A stretch of 64,000 nt of DNA, taken from positions 7,343,891 through 7,407,890 of the forward strand of contig CM119263.1 in assembly GCA_051294375.1 (NCBI GenBank), written 5' to 3'. The position numbers were made by a program, and so were the translations under genes. The notes under the pieces were generated by a model. The model was not told the DNA's origin. It searched no databases and saw only the letters and a program-made list of their open reading frames with translations. The first letter of the stretch is position 1, and every line of letters starts with the position of its first letter. Shown here one piece after another: positions 53,029 through 64,000 of this stretch. Source of the DNA: Paraspadella gotoi (lineage: Eukaryota > Animalia > Chaetognatha).

Positions 53029-53036
53029 TCTCTCCT

Positions 53037-53082
<46 letters not shown>

Positions 53083-53364
53083 AATCTTCTCTCAACACTA
53101 ACCAGTTAACAACTATCGATCCCTCCCAACTTTCCTTTCACGCCAGTCCCTCCACTCAATTTCACTTTCCTCCCCTCTTCTTCTTCCTCCTTTTCCACCC
53201 GGATGCCCCCCCCAATCGCTCGTCCACCTTCGCCGCCCCTCCCTCCCCTCCCTACTTCGCTTCTCTCGGAAGATTCCGTCCCACATTTCGAATACTTAAT
53301 GCTAGACCCCGCGCCAGTGTTGATGATAAAAGGAGAGCGAGAGAGAGAGAGAGAGAGAGCAGAG

Positions 53365-53398
<34 letters not shown>

Positions 53399-54292
53399 AG
53401 AGGAGAGAGGAGAGAGAGAGAAGAGAGAGAGAATCGAAACAATGTGAATCCATTTTTCTCCCCCTCGGCTGGCCATGGGATCGCCGTCGCGTGCTAAGGT
53501 TTTTTTTTTGTGCCTCCATCAAGCCATCTCGAAACGCTTCTGCTTTCCCGCCCCACGCCTAACTTAATCCTGACCCCTTACCGCTCTTCCGCTTTCTCAT
53601 CACCCGTGCTTGCGATTGATTCTTATCTTACCAAATCCATAAAACTGCAAAACTAATTCTCTTCAAAAAAATAAATATTGCCACACACTTGGTCACTTCC
53701 TTTCTTAATAGTTTGCTTCGTTTCCTAGTTTTTAAATCATTGTTAAATTTTTAAATCATTTTCTAGTAGGCGTTAGTCATAGATTGATAATACACCTTTC
53801 TTAACCACTTTCCATTACTTCTCCCCTTTTATCCGACAAAAAAAAATCATTTGAATAAATATCCGACTTTCTCGAGGGAGAAGCCTCAACAAACGCCGCT
53901 TAACTTTTCCACTTTTTTGCCTAAAAAATATATTTCGCTATGATACGTTTTATACTTTCGAGATAAAAAAGTCGATATTAACAAATGACATCAAAATTGT
54001 TTGGTCCGACTTCATTCTTCAGGATCAACCTAATCTAAATTATTTAAAGAAAAAAATTTCCTTTGGCCCACCCAACTTTCTGAGTGCGCTTTTTTCCCTT
54101 GACTTAAACCTAGCCCGATCCAACATCATTTTAATGCTTAACTAACTCCCTCTTGTCCACCTTTATCCGATTCCGCTCCACGTTTACTCCATTCGTCGTC
54201 GCTTTTCCCATCCACGACTCAAATATTCAAGGATCGCTTCTTTCTTTTCCCTCCTTCTTCCGCCGTAACAAACGGGGGAAGTTTTTCTTCGC

Positions 54293-54419
<127 letters not shown>

Positions 54420-55763
54420 CTCCTCTTCCCCTCTATTCCTTCTAATTCGGTCTCCACTTGTTCCATAATGGCACTTTTCCCTCTCCTAATTTTATCTGAA
54501 GTCGTTTCTGCGCTCAGCGTCGAAATCACCAGCTCATGAATTCCTTCTACTTCAAACACTCACCTGTCGCTGTGGAGGAATCACCCGCTCGTTAATATCT
54601 TTTCCCGTTTTGAAGTCAAAGAATTTTTCAGTTCAGTTTTCATTTGAAAACCCGCACTGTTGACATTCTGCGGACTAGTGTCCGACTTGTTTTTCCATAC
54701 TTGTGTTTGCTGCACAGTTAGGATTAAAATTACCTAATTTTATGACATAAAAGCATTATTTTTTTTTTTAGTTCATTGTTCATTCGGACGGACACAAGTT
54801 ATTCAATATGACGAGTAATTCTATAATAAAACTGGTAACACCAATATAGAATGATTATTAATCATTAATGATTAATTCATTCATTTATCAAATTTACCTA
54901 TGGTTTCCGTAAAAAAGAATATGCCTTGAATACACTTGATACTCTTGATACAACGAAGTTTTTTTCCGAAGCTGCAATGAGAAATGTCTCATACGCTATC
55001 ATCTCGATAATGACAATTAAACCCTGAGCTGGTCCGTCGTCGTCGCCGTCGCCGTCGTCGTCGTCCTCGGCGTCGTCGTTGTCATTATTTTCCTCGACAG
55101 CGGCGTCGACTCGAGATACAAAGTCGCATTTAACCAAATGGCGTCTTTCTTATCGATTGCGTCTCTCGCAGCTGAGATTTGGCGGCGTCGGCGGCGTCGG
55201 CGGCTGCGGCGGCATTAGCGTTGGTTGTTGTCGTCTTAGGTCTCCCCCGCGCGCTCAGTCGGGCCAAATTGGTAATTTATAATTTATAATTTTCGGCTCA
55301 TTTTTAAAAGGCTTGAACAATAACATTTCCTTCAAAATTATAGTTAGCATAGTAATATTGTAGAAGACGAAAAATATTTTTTACATTCTATTCCTATCAT
55401 TTAAACTTATTTTTTCCCGACACTCTCAAAAGTGTGGGGCAAATGCGGCGGCGGGAGAAGACTGCGGCGGCCGGCTGCGGTGACGATCTTCGCCAAATGG
55501 TTTTACAGATACCAAACTAAATGTTACGTGAATCGGGGAAACGGCTGGCTTCGGTCGGCGTCGGCTGGCGTCGCCTGGCGTCATGGTACAGGTCCTCAAG
55601 ATTTCCCTCTCTTTTTTGTTTGGGGGGGGAGGGGTGGAGAAGAGAGGAAATTGAGAAAGAGCGATAAAGTGATTCTTCTCTTGTGTTGGGTTGGGCTTCT
55701 TCTTTCGAACGCCGATCCGATGGTGCGTCATCATGTGCGAGGATCACCTTATTTTCTCCTGCA

Positions 55764-55796
<33 letters not shown>

Positions 55797-58274
55797 TCTC
55801 TCTCTTCCTCTCTCTCTTCTCTCTCTCTCTCTCTCTCTTCTCCCTTTATTATAGTCGTCCTTCACCGCATAATCCCTTTCACTCTACTGGTTCGTCGATT
55901 CCTCGCCCGTTTTTTGTTTTGCGTCTTCATGCTTTGACTTTCTCTCCATTATATTCGATCTCCCACCTTTTTTTCCTCTTAAATATTTCCAGCCTCAATC
56001 TCAACTCTTTTCCATTTCCCACTTCACCACCATCTGCAATGGCATTGCTGCCTCAGTTTTGTCCATTTTCCCATTCCATTCAGGTCTTAGTCTCTATATT
56101 TTTTTTGTCACTGCCTTTTCACTACTGCCACACTTCACTTAACTTTTCCCAAACCACATTCTCCAACTCTCATTCTATTTTTCCCATCGAACACCATCAT
56201 CCCTTTTCCCATCAAACCTTCTTCCCTCGTGACACTCCTATTTATATTTCTTCCATCCACGTGTTTTTTCCAATCACACCTCAACTCCCACTTCTCCTTC
56301 CATTTACCATTCACAAAATATAGAATCTTATCACTCCCAATCCCATTTCCCATCACACCTTTCCCCGTGCCATTCCATCCTACATCTCTCCCACTTCTCC
56401 ACCCCTTCCCAATTCTCCCATCACCCTTTCCCATTTCCCATCGATCCTCTCAGGTCGCCCGCGCGCGCCGTTTGGCCGGAAACCTGCGCGGCGAGCAAAT
56501 AACAATGTAGTTTATGACCGAAGAAATCTTTGGATTTCGGCGGTGGGGGTTGGGAAAGTGGGATGTGGTGGGCCGGTGGTGGAAATACGAATGGTGGCGA
56601 AGAAGGGGCGTTTGATTTAGAGAGCATATTTGATACTACATATGCCTATTATATGCCTATTGCTTAATGCGGGAGCAGGTGGTTGATTTGATTGAAATTG
56701 ATTAGATAATTAATTGTAAGGGCGAAGAGAAAAGAGTAGCTTGAAAATGGTTCTCAAGATGGAAAGAAAAGAGTTCCTAGTTTGAGTACGACGAGATAGA
56801 AAGAGTGAAATAAGGCTAGGGAAAAGAGGACTGGCGATGTCCAAGACTGGAGTCCATAATTTGAAGTTCTATGTTCGGTCGATGAGCGATGAGAAGGAAA
56901 AATGAATATACGTAAATATATATACATATAATTGAAAAATGGTATCTTGAACCGTCTTTTAGCAAATATCTAATTATGAAGTTTGATAACAAATCTAAAA
57001 CTTCGTAAAGTGACAACGAGATTTTGTCAGTTCAACCCGCAATCTGACTCAGTCCGATAATACAGATATATAAAGGCGAGTTAATCGACTTGGCCCTCAT
57101 TGTTTTCTGATAGTCTCCCATTGACGAAGAAGAACAAAATGGCAAACGGAAAACATTGATTCGAAGGTAGACTCGGGGAAATACTGACATCTCGAGGTCA
57201 AAGAAAAGGTTAAACGCCCATCTGAGTTCCATGATTCCGACAGGTGGACGCAGGTGGCGACATGCATCCGCGAATATATTTGAGATCGGTTGAGACAAAA
57301 GGTCGAAGAAAATATAAAAGGGAGGAAGAAAGAAGGATGAGAAAGCGATTCGGTTCACGGAGACTTAATACTTGCTAGAGGTTATAACGAAAACTTTTAA
57401 TATTTGGGAGTAATATTTTAATTGAAAAGCTACATTTTGATTTGGAAGAGCAAAAAAAAAAAAAAAACAACCAAAAAACAATCAGTTTTGCCTTGACTCT
57501 TTGCATCGAAACGAATCACGTGTCAAATGTTTCTCTTCTATTAGTTTTGCTTACACCCCTATGAACTTTTTAAAATTACTTGTTTCACTATTTTAAGTTT
57601 TTTAGACTTAGAATCATTTGAATATATGCGATTTTATTCATGTTATTTATATACGACACAAGGTTCTTTATATGATATAACCAAGATAAAAATTATCCAT
57701 TCCTTTAATAAGTAAGCTATCTTGCCCCTGACTTTGGACTGACATTGGTGGTTTAAGGCCTACATCACACTTACAAGATAATGACATAACAGGTCCCTGC
57801 AAGCATTCGATAGAGACTCTCTGACAGTCTCATTTATTCACTCACAGAGTACCTGGCCTCCCTATCAATGAAGTGGTATAATATTTCAATATTATTTACT
57901 ACAAAACCCGTTCCTTAGCTCTACTTCCGACCGAAGATACAATTTTTTTTTTTGGTATCTTCCTCTACCTCATCATCTTCTCTCAGTTCCTCCCTTCGCT
58001 CATCTTCAACCTCCTCCCCCCCCATTTTCTCCTCTCCTGTTTCCGCAGTCATTAACACCGAAATGGGTCCTGCGTTATGAAGGAACTGACAAAAATGTAG
58101 GTCACTCCAACCGACGGTTCTTCCGTCGCCGTCATTTATTCAAACTGCCTTCGAATCGAAACTTCCCTTCCTCCCCCCCTCCGCCCCCCCATTTCGATTA
58201 ACACCCCGAGCCTCATGCGAACCGTCCCGTCGACTTCGAAACACAACACGCCATCCCTCCCCCCACGCATACGG

Positions 58275-59045
58275 CTCACTCCCATCTCCCCCTCACGAAA
58301 TCTAACGACTTAAAAACGAGTTACGAGAAAAAGTAAGAAACTCTTTCTTACAGTAATGTAAAAGGTCAGCCAGGGGGGATTTGGGACGGGGTTTGCAGGG
58401 TCGAGAGGAACGCGAGAGTCTGTGCATGCCTATCAAAACGGACGACCCTCCGTGAGATATATTATTTCGCGAAAACCACCAGGGAGAGAGGAGAGAGAGA
58501 GATAGGGAGAGAGAGAGAGAGGAGAGAGAGAGAATGATGAGAGCGAGAGACAGAGAGTAGAGAGAGAGAGAGGATGAAGAGACGAGAGAAGAGAGGACGA
58601 GAGAGAAGAAGGAGAGAGAGAAGAGAGCAGAGGATTGCCGCATGCAGCTGAGGAGAGAGAAGAGAGAGGAGAACGAGATGAGATGAGAGAGAGAGCTGCC
58701 AGGTCCGAAAACTAATCTAACGGTCTAGCGTTTATTACTTCATCTGAGTAGGTCAAAAATGGGTGAAAATTAGAAGTGATCTCTCTCCNNNNNNNNNNNN
58801 NNNNNNNNNNNNNGAAACCTAAGATATCTCACGGGAAGGGGAGTCGTCCGATTTAGGATAGGTTACAGGCACAGACTCTCGTTCCTCTCGCCCTCAACCC
58901 CCGTCCCAAATCGCCCCCTGCTGACCTTATGACATTTACTGTAGAGAAAGAAGTTTCTTACTTTTTCCTCCGTAACTCGTTTTTAGCGTAGCATTTCGTG
59001 AGGGGGGATGGAGTGATGTATGAGACGAGACGAGTAGAGAATGAG

Positions 59046-59104
<59 letters not shown>

Positions 59105-59275
59105 CCGCCTACTGCAGCTGAGGAGACGATGTCTGATAGTAGAGAGATTCTCGAGATCGAGATCGAGAGAGATCGAGAGACGCTTCGGCCAGGTTCCGAA
59201 AACTACATCTAACGGTCTAGCGTTTATTTACTTCATCTCTAGTAGGTCAAAAAATGGGTGAAAATTAGAAAAGTG
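58275..59275. repeat. Local inverted plus direct duplication around the 25-N gap at 58789-58813
   Basis: 58814-59015 is a noisy reverse complement of ~58275-58460; ~58630-58780 is repeated directly at ~59099-59275. Confidence 0.75.
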
Positions 59276-59715
59276 AGCGAACAGCGGATTTCGCTGGAAT
59301 CTCGATTTTTTTTTTTTTTTTGCATAATTTTCCTCCGATTTATTTTTCCCTGGAGATGAAAGGAAAACGAAAAGGGAGTGGGTATTTGAATTATTCCTTT
59401 TTCCGAGTCAAAAGTTCTCGCTCTCGTCTCTCTCTTCTATCTGCTCTCTCTCCCTTCTTGCCTCCGTCTTCTCTCTCTCATCTCTCTCATATCTCTCTCC
59501 TCTCTCTCTCTCCATCACAGAAATTATCTTTGATTATGTATGAAAATTATTTCGATTCATAATAATCGAGGTGTTTGATTTCGCTCTATTGCAGAAGAAA
59601 TCGCGGACCTTTACATTCATCAATTTTCAGCCGAAATTATTTTTCTTCTTCCTCCCCATTGTCATTTTTCTCTTCACTCCACTTCTTCTTCTCATTCTTT
59701 TTGTTCTTCACTTGC

Positions 59716-59795
59716 TTCTTCTTCTTCTTCTTCTTCTTCTTCTTCTTCTTCTTCTTCTTCTTCTTCTTCTTCTTCTTCTTTTTCATCAAATACAA

Positions 59796-59862
<67 letters not shown>
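59716..59862 (+). repeat. (CTT)n followed by (CAT)n trinucleotide repeats
   Basis: Direct reading; source of the poly-L/H/M/K ORFs. Confidence 0.95.
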
Positions 59863-60735
59863 GTTGTCGTCTGAAGCTCTTTTTTAATCATATATAATCA
59901 GTGATCTCGACAATGTACGTTTACTTGTTTTGGATTTATTATCAGTGAATTATCAGGGAATTATATATGATATTATATATCATATATGTTAATGTTAATG
60001 TTAATCATTGTTAAAATCAATTAAAAGTAGAAACGATGAGTTGTGATAATAATACTTTTCTGATCAGTTCCCGTCGATTAAATCCTTTACAATCCGAAGG
60101 AGGCTTCGAAAATCGCTTCACAAGCTGAAGGTGATTTAAATTATTTCACGGGTGAATGGTGATTAAAATCATTTCACAGGTTCGAAGGTTATCAAATCCA
60201 ATTTCGCCCCATTTTCCGTCGGCGATCGCGCGATTTCATCCCTCGAGTCAACAATTTGTTTCGAAAAAAAAACAAAAAAAAAAACAACCAAACAAAAAAA
60301 AAAACTTTGACGCAAATATCTGAATCAGACAAGCGAATATAATGCGACAAGCAAACGTAATGCGACAAGCAAAAACATAGTAAACGACCGATGAAAATCT
60401 ATTACCAAGAGGCACTCGCCATGAACGCATTTCTTGATTTGTAATAAAGCAAAGAAGAGCCTAAAAAAAAAATTTAACTGAAGATTAATTCCTCAAATAT
60501 CTGAAGTAAAACATCGACCGACCAACCAAATAACAAATTCGCCATTTTGGACTCGACTTTTTCCCCAAAACTAAGCAGCCCCTGTTTTTTTTCCATTATT
60601 CCGTTGAAGCGTCCGCACTTTTGTGCTACCATTTGTTTTTTCTGGAAAACTCTTTTTCTGAAATTCCATTTATTACCATTTACTTGACCACACAGACCGC
60701 GCCTTTTTTCTTAACCTCTCTCTCTCTCTCTCTTC

Positions 60736-60772
<37 letters not shown>

Positions 60773-61017
60773 CCCGAGTTTTATTCTTTTCCTTTTCTAT
60801 TTTTTTTTTGGCCGAAAAATTTTTCCGGCCAATATTCCTTCCCTTTTTTTGCCAAAGTATTTGAGATTGCTCCAACCCCCCACCCACAAAGAGAAATTGG
60901 TTATACTTCTTTTTATGTTATAACTTTAATCTTAAAAAAAATATTTGTATCAAAGGGAACTCTCAAAGCGGCCATCTTGAATTTTTCGCTATCTTAAATG
61001 TTTTTGACTGAGTCAGA

Positions 61018-61088
<71 letters not shown>

Positions 61089-61604
61089 ATTTATATTTTT
61101 CCGTCTCTTTTGTTGCTTCTTTCTTCGGTTTCCGGCTTCTGAAATGAAAGCGCCGAAGGATGTCCAACACACGGGGGAAATATGGTGAGAAATGGCGAGA
61201 AATGGAGCGGTCAAATCGGCGCGCGCCCGCCCGCCGTTCGCCGCCGCCGCCAGCCGCGACTGCAGACGCTGCCCCTGTCGCTGCAGCGACGAGGGCGGCC
61301 GCCGCGGCCGCGACAGCGATATTGCTTAGCAGCCGAAACAGCGGCTTCGGTCGCACTGGAAAATAACCTTGTGACCTATCCACAATTTTGCGTTTTTATT
61401 CTCTCCCCCTTCTTTTTTCTCGCTATCCGTTTCTCCCCAAACTTACTTCTTTTTACTTCCCTCTTTAACCTATTTTCTCTCTTCCTAGCTTCCTCCCTTC
61501 CTCCCTTTCCTTTTTAGATTCTTTTCTCCCTTCCTCCATCTCTCTACTCCTCGTCCTTCGCCTCTTTTTTGGCTCCTTTGTTTGAATCGCTTTATTTTTA
61601 TCAT

Positions 61605-61652
<48 letters not shown>

Positions 61653-64000
61653 CTCTCTCTCTCTCTCCTCCTTTTCTCTCTCTCTCTCTCTCTCCTCTCT
61701 CTCTCCTCCTCTCTTCTCCTCTCTCCTCTTGTTTTCATTTTGTGTTTGACGCGCATGTAGAGGGAGATCGGGAGGGGGCGCGGCTTATTTGATTGTTTTG
61801 ACCATTCCGTTTGAGAAGGTTTAGAGTCGGCCGAGAAGAAAGAGGAAAATAACTGAATATTACGAGGTGGAAAAAAAATGAATCGTATACAAACAGATCT
61901 TTATGTGTACAAGTGCATTATTCGATTTTCGTAATAACGGAATCACTTTTAATTCCAAATTATAGATATCTTAAATATAAGTTTGCTTCTTTTTTTTTTG
62001 CGGGTTTTTATCCTGGAAAAAAATCCTGTGAAAAATTGCTGTAGCCAGGGGGGTTCGAATTGGCGGCGGCGACGGCGGCGGCGGCGGTGTCTCTGTTTAT
62101 GATGTAAGAGATGATGGTGAATAGTGAAGGTCGTTGGTGGTTAAAGTGGTTGTCAGTTGAAACTTGACTGCGTGTAAGGGCAATGTCCAGCATCACTACC
62201 ACTGAACGTGAAAGAGTTGTCTGTTGTCTGTTGTCTGTTGTTTTGTCATCTTACTTCATCGTCATCCGATCGTTTTAAGGGCGAAAACTTAAAGTGTAAT
62301 TTTTGTTGGAAAAAAAGAATCTTGAATTTCTCCTCCTTTTTTAAGAGTGGGAGTCTGACTGATTAGCGGGAGTTTAACTGCATCGTGGGAGTTTTGACTT
62401 TATCATGCGAACAGTCTTCCGAAAGATTTTTTATTTTTTTTTTTTTTTTGAAATAAAAAAGACAATTTGACAATTAAGACAATAAGAAGATTAAACGATT
62501 AAACGATGAGTATTGAGCAAGAAAAATTGCACTAATGGCACTAAAAATAAAATTCAAAGATAAGAGCCTTTTCTGAAGACGGACTGACCGACTGTTAGAT
62601 CTTCCGTGTTTTATACCTATTTTTTTCTTAAATTATAATTCAATTTTGCGTTTCTTCTAAAAGGCTGTTGTCGCTCGATAACGGTAGTATTTTGTTCGAG
62701 GTTAAGCTAGCCTTTGTTAGAAATTGTCCTTACTGGTGGTTGTAGTAAATCTTTCCTTCATTAAATAAAAAGACTCGTCCTTCGCCCTGCCTTTCGACAT
62801 CCGCTTCTCCTTGCTCAATCCTTCCCTNNNNNNNNNNNNNNNNNNNNNNNNNNNNNNNNNNNNNNNNNNNNNNNNNNNNNNNNNNNNNNNNNNNNNNNNN
62901 NNNNNNNNNNNNNNNNNNNNNNNNNNNNNNNNNNNNNNNNNNNNNNNNNNNNNNNNNNNNNNNNNNNNNNNNNNNNNNNNNNNNNNNNNNNNNNNNNNNN
63001 NNNNNNNNNNNNNNNNNNNNNNNNNNNNNNNNNNNNNNNNNNNNNNNNNNNNNNNNNNNNNNNNNNNNNNNNNNNNNNNNNNNNNNNNNNNNNNNNNNGA
63101 GGGGGAGGAAAGTCACTAGGGAGAGGAGGGAAAGGAAAGGGATGGGCAGATGGAGAGGGAGAGTTAAAATAAAAGGAGGTGACGAAAATTAGACCGGAAA
63201 AAAGTACTGGATAGTCAAGTTAGGAAGTTTTAGTTAAAATTATACAGTATACGNNNNNNNNNNNNNNNNNNNNNNNNNNNNNNNNNNNNNNNNNNNNNNN
63301 NNNNNNNNNNNNNNNNNNNNNNNNNNNNNNNNNNNNNNNNNNNNNNNNNNNNNNNNNNNNNNNNNNNNNNNNNNNNNNNNNNNNNNNNNNNNNNNNNNNN
63401 NNNNNNNNNNNNNNNNNNNNNNNNNNNNNNNNNNNNNNNNNNNNNNNNNNNNNNNNNNNNNNNNNNNNNNNNNNNNNNNNAGAGAGAGAAATTGAAATGG
63501 ATGATAAAGCTGGATCGCGAGCATCTTCGCGTTATGGAGGAAAACAGAAAGACAAGGAATGAATAAAGGAAATTGAAGAGAAATGGAAAAAAAAAGGATA
63601 AAGGGTAAAGGATGAAAAAGGTAGGAAAGGAAAGGAAATGAAGAGGAGAGGGAGGAAGAGAAATGAAAGAGAGGATATAGAAAAAAATGATCGGGTAAGA
63701 AGGGGATTTTTGATAACCTTGTGTCTCGACATAACAATCGGAAAATTCGGCAATCGCACATAGAATTCGCGATGGTCACCGACGCTTCGTGCATATTTTA
63801 TTCGTAGATTGAAACGTCAATGGCTTCACAACAGCATCAGAGCTTCACAGCCTCACAGCTTCTTTCCAAGACTTGGATTGTTTATCCCTTGTGTTGTTCA
63901 CATCCTCGATTTGCTCCCAACTTTCTGACATGGACGTGAAAACTAATGGTGACCAACACAATTTTTTTTTTCTGTTGCCTCCACTTATTTTTTTTTTTTT

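Noticed and set aside
59571-59897. Poly-Leu/His/Met/Lys ORFs
   Set aside because: Products of (CTT)n and (CAT)n repeats; no splice or codon evidence
62730-63794. Long ORFs with X runs
   Set aside because: They span N gaps (62828-63098, 63254-63480)

Overview
Eukaryotic, AT-rich and microsatellite-rich animal genomic DNA. The tropomyosin sequence (exon 6 [16 protein letters not shown], exon 7 [12 protein letters not shown]) looks lophotrochozoan/spiralian; that is an inference. The main feature is a complete tropomyosin gene on the minus strand (CDS 28149->10749), reconstructed by hand from splice sites, phases and canonical exon lengths (114/126/134/118/71/76/63/70/83 nt, giving a 284-aa long isoform and a 253-aa short isoform). 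It has an unusually large set of alternative exons: two first exons (1a+2 or 1b), five tandem 118-nt exon-4 paralogues plus a possible sixth non-coiled-coil exon in the same phase, two exon 5, two exon 7, two exon 8 and three terminal exon 9 variants. The exon-4 paralogues differ at the known flexibility residues G126 and D137, have weak donors, and several are followed by hairpins. Exons 7a and 7b are only 49 nt apart. Positions 1-9622 are an indel-rich second copy of 11339-20909, and 27757-34177 is a 3.1-kb-arm inverted repeat. Both abut N gaps and are more likely assembly artefacts than biology. The right half holds Helentron/HINE-like elements, a decayed LTR-retrotransposon pol, many simple repeats and a few unidentified exon-like segments. 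Most ORFs in the supplied track are spurious.
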